Below, piece by piece: positions 21,555 to 35,979 of a stretch of DNA of 64,000 nt. A program made the position numbers and the translations under genes. Source of the stretch: Microthyrium microscopicum (Eukaryota). The stretch lies in contig MU004237.1 of the NCBI GenBank assembly GCA_010405405.1, positions 1,809,345 to 1,873,344 of the forward strand, given 5' to 3'. Each line of letters opens with the position of its first letter. The stretch's first letter is position 1. The notes under the pieces were generated by a model, which saw only the letters and a program-made list of their open reading frames with translations, was not told where the DNA came from and ran no database searches.

Positions 21555-24174
21555 GGTGAATATATGTTGGTCAATATCTCATACGACAGAGGTCTCGGCC
21601 CAATCGATGTATCCAAAAACTCGTTTGATAGAAGGCTAAGGTGGTGTGTTGGAGTAAGTGGCGTTGAAGTATCAATTCGTCAATCTTGTGGGTTATGGCG
21701 CCAGAGGAGGCAGTATTCAGCCGCACAGCAGTGTAGACGATCTAGTTGGAGTAACAAGGCTGAGATGCGCTATTGACTTGAGAGATCACTGATGAAGAGG
21801 ATGAGTATGGAAATGAAGAGAAAGATAATTGCAAGCAAAACGATTTGAAGCAAAGACTAAGGCAGAGGGGCTGAAGTTAGAATAGTTGAAAAGCTATGGG
21901 GTGGAGTGTCTGGTGCTCGTGTGAGCTTGGTTTGGAGAAGTTGAGGTGCATTCTGGACGACACGCGACACATGCCATAACCAACGAATTGTATTGGCTGA
22001 CGGAATTGATGCATGTGTTTTCGTAGATGGAGGCGTGGGGTACATTGGTGTCTGGATTCGCCAGTTTTCTCTCTCTGTCCAGACCATCGACATCTACTCC
22101 TATCAAATCCATTCCCAGCCTTGGACCAAAAGGTCGCATGGTCACATATTGCTGGGAGATTGGATAAATGACCTCAACTGTCCTTACTGACTCTAGATGC
22201 ATTACTGGCGGTGCGGCGTAACATTTAGCCAGTCGCAGATGCACGATGCCTAGTTCTCTATCAATAGACGTTCGCCTCATGCAGCCGTGAATAATAGCTC
22301 TTCCATCTCTGTGAACTCCTGCAACCTTCAATAGTTGATCGGCGGGATGACAAGCTCCATCGTGGTGTTGGAGAAAAGTTGATTGTCTCCAAAGCACAAG
22401 CGTGGGCTAAAGGCTTGTGCTCAAGTCTCGACCTTTCTACCGGAACTCATCTTTACGTAGATTCGGTTGTACGAAAGCCAATGCAAAAGGCACGAGATCA
22501 TCTGTGCGCCATTGATATCCTTGGACCCCGGTGGCTTTCGCTTGGCATTTTGATGTCCTTCATTACTACATCCGGATAATGCGATACACCTATAAAGCTG
22601 ATTGCGCATACCTTATTCTCGAGTTCATTGCTTGTACTGCTAACTGGAGAAGGAGCAACTCTCGAAAGAATAAGAGGCTCTGTCTTTGCCCCAATCAAAT
22701 CCAGTAAGACTCTATGGAACAAAAGAAAATCAAAGCCAGAAGATGGAAAGCACAACACAGGGCTGGGTTTGCACCCAGACACGTGCCTGGTATTTCCGCT
22801 GGTTACGTCTCAAGTTAAACCTGGGAGCACGCAAATACTTATCCATTGATCTTCAGGGCACCAGCGCATTGATCAGGTTCAAAGAAACTAATTATCTCAA
22901 TTTGGAAATGAGTCTAGCCAGTTAGGATGTGCAAAGAAAAAATCAGTCGACAACGCGAAAAGTTCAGAAACATGTTTCGCGCTTGAAGTTTGAATGATTT
23001 TGCTTGCCATTTCCAGGTCTCATAAACAGCAATCGTTACTTCAAGTCCACGTGCCAATTGGGGGCTGGTAACTGCGCTATCGGCGTCAGTTTGCCACGCA
23101 CGACTCGAGATGTTGGAGATAGCAGAGCAGCAGCAGCAGATAGGAACGATGATTCTTCAGGGTTCGAAAGGCAGCATCAGTAGTAAGGTGCGATGTAGGA
23201 CGATAGGCTAGCCACGTCGCAATGATGACGGGAAGCGGATGTTTGTTTATATGGAAATCAGGATGTTTCTTTCCTTCTGGAAATAGAAGAGATTGCAGTA
23301 TCCAAAGTTTGTATGCAGACCTTCCAGGAAAGTGGTTGTGATGGAAGAGGTGGATGGCCCCCTTTTAGTACCGCTTCCCCTCATCCGATGGCCTTCCATA
23401 TTTGCGGTTGCCGTCAGAGGCTGGGGAAGTGGATAAACTTGGAGAATTATGGAAAGGCTGTATGACATCTTTGTCAGGAAATCTAGCATTGTTTATTTGC
23501 AAGCTGAGAAAGTTGTTGGTACTCACTCTTTGGAGCAAGATGTATGCCAGGAACCTTCATACCTTCAGCTGTACTCGGTACCAGATAATCAAAGACATGT
23601 GCAACTGTAGTAAAGAATCACTAGATGGAATAGAAGGGGATGAAAGATTTATTTGGGCTCAAGCTCGACGCGAATCCTGAGAGCGATCCGACAATTGATA
23701 GACGTTGGTTGCAACTTGCAAGCAAGTGGGCAGGTACGGAGCAGCCCCAGTCAACCCTGATAACGAACCCCCGAGTCCTGAATCTCTCATCCTCCATGTC
23801 CCTCAAGCTGCTCACTGCTCACGCAAAACTGCTCACTCGCACCTGAACATTGTCACCATCATCGTTAACCCTCCCTGCACTACTTTTCTGCTCTGCTACT
23901 CCTTGAACCTTTCAAAGACTTAATCTGCTCCTTCTTCCCTATCAATTCTGCTCCTACTGTCCCAAGCTGAGCCTGTTTACCTGTCCCTCTCCCGCCATTC
24001 AGCCAGTCTTCCAACTCTCATCCTCCATCTTTCTGTCATCACCACCACTGATCAACTCTCTCGGCCCATTCGTATTATTTCTCATACAATTACTCTCCTG
24101 CGGCCTTCTCTATCACCACAGTCTTACGACTCACTTTATTACCTCACACGTTCATCATACACATACTACTTGAC

Positions 24175-24864
24175 ATGGCGTCATCATCGCAATCCAAGGG
24201 CATATCATCCGGAGCCATAGGTGTTCCGGATCAACCTCTACATCCAACTCAAACTGCTACTTCGTCCGGAGCAGAAAGAGGTCTATCTACAAACGCTACT
24301 TTGACTGGAGCAGAAACCGGTCAAACAGGTCAAACTGCAGGTACTTCAATAACTCCCATCACCAATGCCCCAGCACCCGCACGCTCAAATTCCAGTGCCA
24401 TTTTACCGGCAACTGATGCTCCACCCAATCCCTCTGCTCCCACAGAACCCATCAAACCAGGTGATGCCGCAACAATCCGCATCAACCTGCTCCTCACCAC
24501 TGGGAGTCGTCACCCATTCACCATCAACCTCAAGTTTCTTAATAGACGAGACATCAAGGCTGAAAACAATGACCCCTGGAATATCAGTGTGTATGACATG
24601 AAGAGTCTGATTTGGCATGAATGGTTTGAAGAATGGGATACTCGTCCAACTTCACCAGGCTCCATTCGTTTGATTTTTCTCGGTGGTCTTTTGGACGACA
24701 AGCTTGCTCTCAAGGATTGTCGTCTCAACCGGAATGAAGTTAACGTTGTCCACATGACTGTCAAACCACAGGACACACACGAAGAAGAAGAATACAAGAG
24801 CAAGGAGCAAAAAGGCTCTGGAAGCAATGGTCGAAGCAGCTCCGGCTGTTGTGTCATACTATAA
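24175..24864 (+). CDS. Membrane-anchored ubiquitin-fold protein (MUB/UBL3-like)
   Basis: LLLTTGSRHPF, IRLIFLGGLLDD, VVHMTVKP; C-terminal CCVIL CaaX box. Confidence 0.9.
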   Translation: MASSSQSKGISSGAIGVPDQPLHPTQTATSSGAERGLSTNATLTGAETGQTGQTAGTSITPITNAPAPARSNSSAILPATDAPPNPSAPTEPIKPGDAATIRINLLLTTGSRHPFTINLKFLNRRDIKAENNDPWNISVYDMKSLIWHEWFEEWDTRPTSPGSIRLIFLGGLLDDKLALKDCRLNRNEVNVVHMTVKPQDTHEEEEYKSKEQKGSGSNGRSSSGCCVIL

Positions 24865-25659
24865 AATTGATGACTATTGCTAACAGTGTTTTGATTGCAG
24901 TGCCAGTGCAGACAGGATCGGAAGAGGATAAAGGAGGGGAAAATCAACAGTCGGATGAGACGCCCTCCGGTCCCCACCGCAGCAGACGCTGGCTTTGCTT
25001 TGGACGAAAGGCCAACTCCTCGGCTGACAGCTCACGATCTACCCCTGACCCCAGACGCAACGCGGACTCTCCATCAACAGACCAGAAACCGGGCTTTTGG
25101 AGTGAGGTCAAAAATGATGTGCGAGCCCATCATCAGCGAAAAGAGCAACAGCGAGAAGACGAGCGACGAAAATTTATTGCGCGGGTAATGCGAGACAACG
25201 CGGAGAATGAAGAACGTCGGCGCGCATAGCAGCGGCCGTTAGATGAGGAGCAAGCAGCTCTACAGCAAGAAGAGAATCGGCGAGGAGATGAACGGCGAGC
25301 AGAACGAGATCGAGCAGCTCTAGAGGAACCGCATCTACAGCGAGTTGCAGCTCAAGAGCGAGCAGCTCAACAGCTGGCTGACCAACAGCAACGAGATCAA
25401 GAGCAAGCAGCTCAACAGCAACGAGATAAACAGCAAAGGAGGCGTCGTTTGCCAGGCTTCAAATCCCTAACAAACACAACACATCGCACAACCGGTACCC
25501 CCGGTCAGCCTACGCCAACCCGACAGCGACTCAGGGACTTTTTTCGCAATCATCGCCCATTAACCCGTCGAGAGAAAGATGATAATGACAAAGACAGCAA
25601 AGACAAGAACGACAAAGGCGATGACAAGAACCGCCCTGACAGCAAGGATGATGCCAACA

Positions 25660-25830
25660 CGAACAACGATACTACCGGCAATGCTACCACCGGCAATGCT
25701 ACCACAGGCCATGATGCCAAAGGCAGTGACTCCGATGGAAACAACACTACAGGCAATGACTCTAGAGGCAATGACTCCAATGGAAGCAACACCACAGGCA
25801 ATGATTCCAGAGGCAATGACTACAAGGGAA
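25660..25830 (+). repeat. Degenerate 15-bp tandem repeats encoding GN(D/A)xx pentapeptides
   Basis: ggcaatgctaccacc, ggcaatgactctaga, ggcaatgattccaga units. Confidence 0.75.
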
Positions 25831-27169
25831 AAGGCAAGCAACGCGCATATCCCATCAGGCCTGATTCCTCCGAGTCGCCAAATCCCTTCCTAGCACCAGA
25901 ACATTCTACGGGACAAACCCCACAGGGGCCAATCGGACCTGTGTCTGATAGTGGTTTTGACTCGGAGAACATGTCAAGGCAGCGTCAGCTTGTCGAAGGG
26001 GATCGTCTCGTTCTCCCAGGAGAACCAGACAATGTTGATGAGGACCCGGATGCGATCACTGAGGTGGACCCAACGATCGCTAGACTTCCCAGAATCACAC
26101 TTACTGATCCGGGTCCTGTTCCGGGTCCGAATGGCCTACGAATTCTCGAGCATGAATTCACGATTGAAAGCATGAGGTAAGTAGTCTTGTTTGTCACTTC
26201 TCATCGAATTGTCAAAATGGTTGCATTGTCTACTGTACAAGCCATGCTAAGAGTCCTCTTGAATCTGCCATGGAGCCTGTCACAATTTGCATACAAGAAA
26301 AGCAAAACGACTAGCCGAAGTTGCTACCATTTTTTCCATCACTGCCGCTTTTCAAATCTCAGCAGATTTGGCGCGTTTGGATTGCGGATACAACCATAGC
26401 GCCTGTCATACATTTGCAAAGCCAATACTAACAGATACTAGGGGTGCTCCATTAGAACGGGAGCAACTGGCACAATATAGGCGGGGCGAACTCCATCCAT
26501 CGCAGATTGAGCTCATGTCTCAACGCATTGCTTCAGCTCCAACTTCCGAAAGTCTAGATGCTACCCAACGGACCCAGATGGGGATTCCATACTTTCCAGC
26601 GCATGATCGCGCTTTGATTGAGTTTTTGTTCGTGGAAACCATAGACCATCAACTACCCTGTACTCCTCAGCGTGCTCTGGAACGAAGTCTCAACTATATG
26701 CGTTACCGTCACCCCAATACCTTCTGGTCATACTTTGATGCATCAGTTGGAGCATCACTATCTTCGCCTCCAACTTCAACAGCTGCTGGAGCGAGTTCCT
26801 CTCTACGGCTATCACCTGCAGAATGGCAATCGGTATCGCAGTCCTTTCAACGAATTATCTCGGCAGGAGTTCCACTATTACGTCGTCGTTCATCTGCTAG
26901 ATCGTCATCGGCAGGTCCTTCAGCGGTACGATCAGTGGTAAGAGCTCCAATCTCAGGACCATCCAACGCAGGACTCCCACTGCCAGAACTTCGTAGAGAA
27001 CTTGGAGCATGGGGACTTTTGGAAGGAGAAACAGATTATGAAGTGCCACATATTATACCACCACCATTTCCTGAAGGACCGTATGTATCGCCATCAACTG
27101 AATCGACATCAATTAGCTCGGGCTGGGTTGGAACGTCAACAGTTGGATCGCCGGTAATTGGATCGCCAC

Positions 27170-27610
27170 GCGCATCAACTGAAGGGCCATCAACTGCAGT
27201 AACTGCACCAGCAGCTACTACTGCGCCATCAACTGAAGGACCATCAACTGCAGCACCATCAACCGCGGGTCCTTCAACTGCGGCTCCTTCAACTACAGCC
27301 CCATCAGCTATGGCGCCTTCAACTGTAGCGCCATCGACTACCGCGACAGCAACTGTGGTACCTGCACCGGCGGCACCAGCAATGACAGCATCAGTACCAC
27401 CAGCGGCTACGGGGTATTTCGATATGGGGCCGTCGACTGCAGGACCACCAACAACTGCAGGACCACCAGTCGCAGGATCATCAACAACTGCAGGACCACC
27501 AAATACCGCGCCAGCAACTGCAGCACCTGCAACGGCGGCACCAGTAACGGCAGCCCCAGTACCACCACCAGCTACAGACTATCCCACCATGGGCTCGTCA
27601 ATTGCAGGAC
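27170..27610 (+). repeat. Degenerate 15-bp repeats encoding (A/E)(G/A)PST and AAPAT pentapeptides
   Basis: Recurring ccatcaactg and ccttcaactg units. Confidence 0.7.
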
Positions 27611-28705
27611 CTAGGGCGCCACCACCACCCGGCAATCGAGGTGGATCTGGTGATGCCCATCACGACTCTTGGTGGTCAAACTTCTCCTTCGCCAGAGCAG
27701 CATCGCAGCTCTCATATAGTCGTCTATTCCACAGTCCCCGCTACCTTCTCAAGCGCAATCAGACAAATCAGACCAACTATCAGACTCCTCAGCCAACTCC
27801 AGGCGTGGTCTACATCTCCAAGATATCACCCAAATTGGACCTGCCCACTGCAGTTACCACGCCATTGGGTCTTGAAATGGCTCCGCTTGACAACGAATGC
27901 TCTATCCGTGTTCTCAGTGATGCCGAGCTGGCTGGTCTGCAACAGGATGGTGGGTATGGTCGAAGCCGCACTCCGATCTCTTGTGATGAGGTCTTTGATT
28001 CGATCCTCATGTGCTACAAGCGAGATGTTGCTTTGTTGCATGCTAGTCGACCTGTTGGATTGTGAGTAGGTGTTGTTTAACTCGGAATCGGGGTTATATT
28101 GGGTTTTGATAAATTCGCTTCATTCGCCATTGTCAAGGGATTTCTGTACACTTCAGTCACTCTCTGTCTGTTTTCATGTTTTTTGTTTTGTTTTGCTTTG
28201 AGGTTATTGGTCATTCGTCAGCTTGGTGTTTGGGAATTGAGGGATCTTACATGGTGGATTACATTATTCTTCGTTTGGTAATATGCTTTACTCAGTCAAT
28301 TCATTCACATTCCTTCAACTTTCCCGTTGACGTGACATGTTTTATCGCTCTGTGTGTGTCGTCTACAGGTCCTAGGTTGGTCATCTGAACGATTTTCAAC
28401 CTGTCTGATTTGATGGAGTATTGCATCAGGCTATCTGCCTTCTTACCTGATATAATCGGCTACTGGACACAAAAAGTTTTTTCATCGTTCATATATGCAC
28501 CGCAAGAGATGTTGGCTAACGGATGATGTAAAGATGGGGACCAAGTATACTCACTACATTCACTGATACATATTCTGCTCCGACTTGACGTTTAACGTGA
28601 TATATTCACTCGCTTTCTATCTGCCTCGCAATCTTCATTTCTCTAGACATGAACAACCCCCTCCTCTCTCCCTTCATTTTCTCCTCTTTCCTCTCATGCC
28701 TCAAC

Positions 28706-29238
28706 CTAAGAAATCCGCGCCCCCTTAACCATCTCACTAAACAAACTCGGTCTCTCCCTCATCTCCTCCCCCGCCCCAAAAACATCCTCCCACGCAACCT
28801 CCGTCTCCTTCCCCATCAATATATCCTCATGCACACTCTGTCCACCCCCTGGCAATCGCCCCAGCACAGCTGGTCGCCAGCTGCCGGCGCGCACGGCGTT
28901 GAGTTCCATGGCGCGTTTGATGGGTGCTGCGAGGCCGTAGGTGTGGCGAAGCGCTGTGGATGTCATTTGTTCGCGCGTGGAGACCCAGGCGGTGAGGCGC
29001 GCTTCGAGGGGGTGGGTTGAGTCGAGGGAGTTATTGGTGTGGGAGGTGCATGTGGTGGTGGGGATGCCGGAGATGGGTGCTTCGGCGATGGAGGCGCGGA
29101 GGGTGTCGTGGACGCCGGGGGCGGAGGGGGCGGATAGGAGGGGGGTTGTTTGGGTGTTGTGGGGTTTTGTTGGGACGATGCGGATTGACTGTGTGATGTT
29201 AGTTTGATGATGGTGGGGATGGAGGGGAGATGGACCAT
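28706..29238 (-). CDS. UMP1: Proteasome maturation factor; ATG-only first exon, intron 29189-29235
   Basis: M|SIRIVP..SAPSAPGVHDTLR..HPLEARL..LRHTYG..PIKRAMEL..VHEDILMG..WEDVF. Confidence 0.9.
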
Positions 29239-29914
29239 TGTGATGATGTTTTTGAGGAGTTGGTCTAAGTGTTCTTGGAGGGTGTAGATGTAGAAGAGGT
29301 TGTACGGGCAGAGCCGTGTAGTGGTTGTGAGAGATTGGTGGTGTGATGGAGATGAGTTGGTGAGAAGAAGATAGAGTTGTGGTGTTGAGCTTGAGCAGGC
29401 CACCATGAGCTTCGTAGACGTCTGGTTGAGAGCTCCAACAGGGTTGCTAACGCTGTCAACCCTAATCCTTCGGTGCTTGAGCTAGGGCCGCATTGAGCCA
29501 ATGAGCATGCATCGCGGCCGCGACTTGAGTAGCTAATTGATGAGGCGGCCTTGACCGTCATCGCCAACAATCCTACAATCACCATACACATACACCACCA
29601 CCCGGCATAACCATCAACCCAATTCTCCCGACTTCACGTTGCTTGACCAGGCGACCAGACTCCAAACCCGTCACTCAGAGACAGTACATCGCCCAGATCG
29701 ACCGGATCTCTTTGATCGCAATCAGCCTAAATATCAGGCAACGTTACAACGTTTCTCAAGCCTACGAAACCTCATACAGCCATTGAGATACAGAACTTAC
29801 CCTCTGCGGGCCAACTAGCCGCATTGGCGCTCTCTTTCTGAGGCCCAAGAGCCTCCATCTGCCTTGATCCGGGTCGATATCAGATCTTCCGTGGCTCCAG
29901 CTCATGTCGCCTGG

Positions 29915-32900
29915 ATGCTACCGTTAAACCCATACCTGCGGGCATTTTTTCGGAGCAGTACACTACCCTCCCAGTGCTCGCCCGTATCTCAACACGTATG
30001 CGCTACTCTTGCACTTCCAAGACTCGAGCTGGAGTTTGTTTTCGAGGATCTGACAAGGCTGACATGTGATCTTGACTTTTAGGTTCTTCTCGTGCCAACT
30101 ACCGAATACCTTTTCACACACCGCGATCGCGATACTCAAGTTGCATATTCAGATCTTGCAAATTCGGAAGATTTTCTTGCTAGCCATGTTTTGCGTGTCA
30201 GTGGGCCCTCCCCATCGTCGGGGGGAAAAGAGGGGACGCCGAGTTTGCGCGAGACGAGGGGGAAGGCGAAGCAATATACAACACTCAATGGACGAACGGT
30301 GATATTGAAGGACTCTTTTATCTACAGCAACAAAGGTAGACACTGGGGCTTTGGCATGCTGCGTTCGATAACTGACCAGTCTGTACAGGTTTTAAACATC
30401 TTAGTCAAGCGCAAGTCCTTAGCGATGCGATTTTCATTCCCGATACCCCTGAACAGCAGCCATGGGTCATATACTACATATCGCGACCGCTTGTTGGATT
30501 TGCGGAACCCATTACATACAAAGCTGGTCAAGTCAATACAGTCGCTTTGGCAGATGCGCTCAAGTCGCCAACATCCCCGGCTGGACCTGCCACTCCCAAG
30601 AAGATAATCAAATCATTCACGGACTTGATGAACCAGTTTCCAATGATATCTCGACAAATGCAGCCAGGGCTGGAGCGGATCTTTAACGAGTTTAAGCGAG
30701 AAATCGAGAAGCCATTACCATCATTACCATCATCCGGGTCTACTGGATCAGAGTCATCTCGCAAGTTGGCCAAAAGGAGAAATTCAATATCGTCGATAAC
30801 TAGTCTATCAAACTCAACGCATAGTGCTGTTACAAGTGAATTGAATGGCGCCATCTATCATTCCAGTTTGGAGTTGTCCCATATGGAGGAGGATTTGCGA
30901 CATTCGTTGGAGATCGCGATCACTGCGGCAATAGATCTCTTTCAGATGGTTGACAAGCAACAATTATCACTCTTGGGTTCAAGCACCGATCTAACTGGAG
31001 CCATGGTGGAGCGAATGATTGAACGATACGTAACGGAACATCTTCACGACACTATGCTCTTTCCTCGGATATGTACGTCTCGAAAATCCGAGGATTCCGA
31101 ATTGGAAGCACGAGTACGACAAATGGTAGACATTGATATATCTCAAGTTGGTATCTCGATAGAAACTGGAAGAGCAGGGAAGCGAGAACTAGCTCTCAGA
31201 CTCGCTTCAGGGGTCAACATTTTCAAGAACATGGGTGTCTCTAGCAGTCCGCAGGAGATGCTTGACATTTTGGTTGAAACCGAAAAAGCAATAACACATC
31301 AAACGTCTCCAAAGAAGCAGACGAATGGTGATACCGAGTCAGGTTCTGAAAAGAAATATGCTATTATGGCTATCAGTGCTGATACTTTGGTCTCATTATT
31401 ACTAGTTGTGGTTATCCGCTCACCAGTACGACACTTACAAGCTCGATTGCTGTATATGCGACATTTCATCTTCATTGATGATGTGGAGAGCGGCGAGATT
31501 GGATATGCGCTTAGCACGTTTGAAGCGGTTCTGTCATATCTTTCCCATGATTCTAGTGGACTTCGGAGATCTAGTCTGCGGAATCGCAGGCTATGGCGCG
31601 CAACAAAAGATGGAAAGATACCTGATATGCGAGAGATCCTGGAACCGGACGTTTCATCGGATGCAAATGAGTTTGCGGTATCATCAAATCCCTCAACGAC
31701 TGACTTGAAATCCATGGCTGGTACAACCTTGGACGACAATGCTTTCGCCCCGATTCACAGTATGGCGGCAAAAACAAACGGCTCACTCAATCATGTCTTT
31801 CCTTTTCAGAATCACACAATAGTTCCAGATATCGAGGAACCTTTACCCTTGGAGCCTCGACCAAAAATCAAGAAGAGAGTGTCTGTCCAGTCTCGCAGTG
31901 CTTCCATATCATCAGTCTCCTCGGTCCGATCAATACCACTAACAATAAACTCTATATCCTCCAATTTCGATGGAGACCTGTCCATGGAAACTCTAGCTCA
32001 AACTCAAGGGCCAGATGGCGAGTCTGTCCTCATGATGGCCATACATAGCCGTCAAGCAAAAGCGCTCAAATATCTCCTCAACCTTCACACCTACTTCCCT
32101 ATCAACGCCGTACTTGATGACGAAAATAACGAGTCCACAACTCTCCTCGGCGCAGCAATGCAGACTGGCCATCGACAGATTACAGATATGATTCTTAGTT
32201 TCATCATCGACAATACCGATGACATGGACGTCCTCAAAACCTATCTTGCAAGACAAGATGATAATGGGAGATGCGCTGCGCATTTTCTCTTTGACTATCC
32301 CGGTCTTATGGCAAAGATAGGAGATTATGTTTCCTGGCGACTCAAAGATAAGAATGGTCAGACACCACTTTTTGCTTTATGTCGATCATATGATCATGAG
32401 GAGTATAAGTGGATGGTGGAGACTGCCATAGAATTTGCAACCAAATCTCAGCGCGATGGCGACCGACTCCGACTGAGTGATCACATTGATAATAAGGGGA
32501 ACACATTGCTCCATATCATCAATGAGCCTTCATTAGCTGCCCGGCTACTTCTTGAATGCGATTCGGATGTCAATGCCGCCAATGACAAGCATTTTACGCC
32601 ACTCATGGTTGCTAGCAAGTATGGAAGAACTGAAATGGTACGCACGCTATTCAGTGATCCAAGAGTTGATCTCTACGCAAGAGATCTACGAGGTCTTACA
32701 GCCGTCGAGCTTGCGAAAGACGACGAGGTTCGCAATCGTATAGACGATCTAGTTCTTCTAGGCACACCACCAACCTTTGATCAACGCATAACGAGAGTTG
32801 TTCGTTCATATTTTGTCGAAGACGGCACAGTACGCTTCATCATAAAATCTGCTGCAAAGAATCCGAACTCAACCGTCACAATCACCACTTGCCGCCGCAC

Positions 32901-33927
32901 TCTTATCGATTTTGAAGATCTAGCTCGTTGGCTTGGTCTCGAACTTCCAGCCTCTTGGCTTCCAAAACCAACAGGCTTTCTCTCCGCCTTCCTACTGCCA
33001 TCCCGTCCATCACGAGCCGTCGCACGCGATACTCAACTCCGCCTCGACTCATTTCTCCGCATCCTACTATCCCACAGCACCTTCTCCACCCATGAAATGG
33101 TCTGGGAATTCTTCCTCGTTCCCGATATGGATCCTACCATCCTAGCCGAACGCTCCAAAACCAAAGCAGACCTCCGCACCGAAATGGTTCGTGACGACTA
33201 TGAGCCGTCCACAGATCTTCGCGAAGTCGAGCTTTTTGTCGCATACGCCCGCGACTCTGTCCGCGCTCTCCTATCTGCTAGCAAATCCGTCTCCCGTACG
33301 CTCAACGCCCTCCGCACTGCCCAATCTGATCTCGCAGACGCAGTCTCCCTGGCCGGCACACACTTTCTAGCTCTTCCCATGCTTGCACCTCCTCATGCAG
33401 GCGCTATCAAAGCTATGGCTGCAACACTCCGTCTCCCGGATTTTGCGCCCGCTACTGCTCTTGCGTATGACTTTGCTGCAATCACATCCACCATCGCCGC
33501 TCTCCTCGCTGCACTATCTCGTCCCACTGATCTGATCGCACGCATCTCCGCCGCCCAGCGCGCAACGGATCGAGCAGCGCAGAGCGTTCGGCGGGTCCAC
33601 GAACGGGCTTGGCCACTACACATCGGCCTTCTGGACGATGCGCGTGCCCGCGCCAAGGCCGAGGCCACGAGTAAGCGAGATCGTGCGGCCGAGGCGGTAG
33701 ATGGGCTAGGCAAGGAGTTACGATACACGCAAACTGTCGTGGCAGGCGAGATGGCGGGATGGCAGGAGGAGCGGGTGAAGATGGGCAGGGAGGCGGTTAA
33801 GAACCTTGCGAGGAGGATGCTAGTTGTGGAGAGAGCGAGATTGGAGGGCTTATTGAGAGCAGGACGAAGTGTAGGTGTTATCTTTGGGAGAGATGGACGA
33901 CGGGTCAAGGAGGATAGTGAGCCATAA
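29915..33927 (+). CDS. VPS9-domain, ankyrin-repeat and PX/BAR-like protein (Vrl1/VARP-like); introns 29996-30082, 30336-30388
   Basis: MLPLNPYLRAF start; SADTLVSLLLVVVIRS..GEIGYALSTFEAVL VPS9 core; GQTPLF, GNTLLH, FTPLMVA ankyrins; PX-like RRTLIDF..WEFFL. Confidence 0.9.
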
Positions 33928-34153
33928 GCGGCCTTTGCTTTAATGTTCGCTGTATATAATTGCTGCTTGGGGTTTTTGGCGGGAGCGATGAATGAAACGC
34001 TTTTACGTTCTGGCTTGGGTCTATGATATGGAAGTTCTCGGTCTTCTTTAACCTCAGACTATACGAACGAGAAATGCTAATTACAATGATGAACTAGCTC
34101 TCAGCAATAACCGACATCGCTCCTTGATCATGTTGTTTCTCACGTCATATCAA

Positions 34154-35979
34154 CTACATCCCCTTCGCACCAGCAACCATCTTTGGCGGCACGCCCTTCC
34201 CCATATACAACAAAGGCCACGACGTCCTCGCCTTCTCATGCTCCCCTTCATTCGCATTATCCGACTTTGGCGCCATATCCTGCGCCAACTTGGCCGGTGC
34301 TCCCTTCACTCGACACAGCCGTCCTTCTTTCACCTCCATCAAATCCGCATTAATGCCTGGCGTCACATAGAACACAAAGTCAGGATCCCACTTCGTCTTC
34401 AGTTCCGCCAACTTTGCGTAATTCGCGCCCCAGAAATCATGTTTCCAGTTTGGATTCTTAACACTCGCTTCATTCACGTACGCGCCCATATTCGGCGAAA
34501 TATCCCGCATAGCTTGGAGGTTTGGCTCGCCTGCCGCTGCCGCAGCAATCATATGTACATACGTCTTTCGCCACGCCGGTAAAACAGACGTATTAGGATC
34601 GTTCTTCAACACTGCACCGCCGCCAGTCAAATGATTGCGTAGTTGGGCATTTGGCAACGTGCCGATGGCTTTCTCGAGCGCTTTCGCGAGATCTGGATGT
34701 GTGAGTTCGTCGGCTCCGAGGAGACGTGAGTCCATCGCGATATTTCCTTTTGCCATGGCGCGCATTTCGCCTGGCCCGTGACGGCGGACTAGATGGGCTG
34801 GGGGTTTTGGTGGAATGCTGCTGGATTGTCCGCCGTCGCCGGATTGGAGGGAGCCTAGGGCGGTGGTGTTTAACACGGTGGGTGGGATCTTGATGAGGCT
34901 TTTCGCGTTTATGCCGGGCATGGCGGTCATTTTCGCAATGATTGGATCCATGGCGGCGATGATGGCGGATGCGTTGGCGAATTCATTGGGGATGAGCCAG
35001 TTGGCGGAGAGCGCGTTGCGGTGGATGTAGTAGTAGCCCTGGATCCCGTTCTCCTTGTTGAGGCGAGGGAGTTGGCTGAAGAGGTAGGCGGCCGGCGTGA
35101 AGATGGAGTGTGTGTCGTCGTAGTCGGTGGTGTTGAGCCAGAAACTGTAGCTTATGATTTTGGGAAATGGATGGACTTTGACGGTGGCTTCTACGACGAC
35201 GCCGAATGTGCTTGGTCCGCCGCCTCGAAGGGCCCAGAAGAGATCTTGGTTGTTTGTTGGGTTTGCGATTACGAGGGAGCCGTTGGCGGTGACGACTTTG
35301 TACTCTAGGACTTGGTCGACTCCGAGTCCGTAGTAGGAACTCAGGGGTGCGTGGCCGCCTGATTGTGCCCAGCCGCCGGCGACGGAGACGGAACCGTGGG
35401 CTGCGCCGATTGCGTAGAGATTGCTTGGTTTGAGAGCTTTGTTGAGTTCGTCGATGGTGATTCCTGCGCCAATGGTTACGGCTGCTTGCTTTCCTGCGAT
35501 GGGCTTGATTGTGTTGACCTTGGTGGTTTTGTCAACTGACTCTGCGCCTTTTGGAGTCGGTTGAAATGATTCAAGAATACGAATCCCTTTCAAGTCGGTG
35601 ACGGACAGTCTGATACCTGACGGGGCATCATTTCTATTATGTATGAGCTTGTGCGTTCGATGTGCTATCTTCAAACTCACCGAGCGACATAATCATGGCC
35701 ACTGTTGATGACACTGAGCCTTACATTGTGCTTTGCAGCAAATTTCACAGCAGTTTGAACATGAGGAACTCTGGAAGCTTCAAATGTATAATCTGGTGCA
35801 GTCCAACTTTTTTGAGGACCTCGTGGTTCATTGCCCTTCAACTCGGTATTCCATACATCCACTGAAGGCCAATCGGAATCAACCGAAAGCTTTTTGCAAC
35901 CTTCCGGCGCTGATGCTGCTAATGCTGCTAATGCAGAAGATATCAAAAGCCAACATACTACAACACGAGAGCAACACAT
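34154..35979 (-). CDS. Secreted FAD-linked oxidoreductase (BBE-like/AA7); intron 35634-35680
   Basis: Signal peptide; NSGHDY flavinylation His; GGHAPLS..GLGVDQV, DLFWALRGGG; AYVNEA..FWGANY..LKTKWDP. Confidence 0.92.

Larger units (their letters stand above)
24901..28065 (+). pseudogene. Long orphan low-complexity reading frame (exons 24901-26176 and 26442-28065) with one in-frame TAG at 25227-25229; no start codon identified
   Basis: The frame continues through the TAG into Q/R/E coiled-coil sequence and ORF 25449-26180; intron 26177-26441 (GTAAGT..CTAAC..TAG) is phase-compatible with ORF 26287-28065. Confidence 0.5.

Noticed and set aside
25660..25830. Regular short repeats as a possible CRISPR-like array
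   Set aside because: Eukaryotic in-frame 15-bp coding repeats without unique spacers
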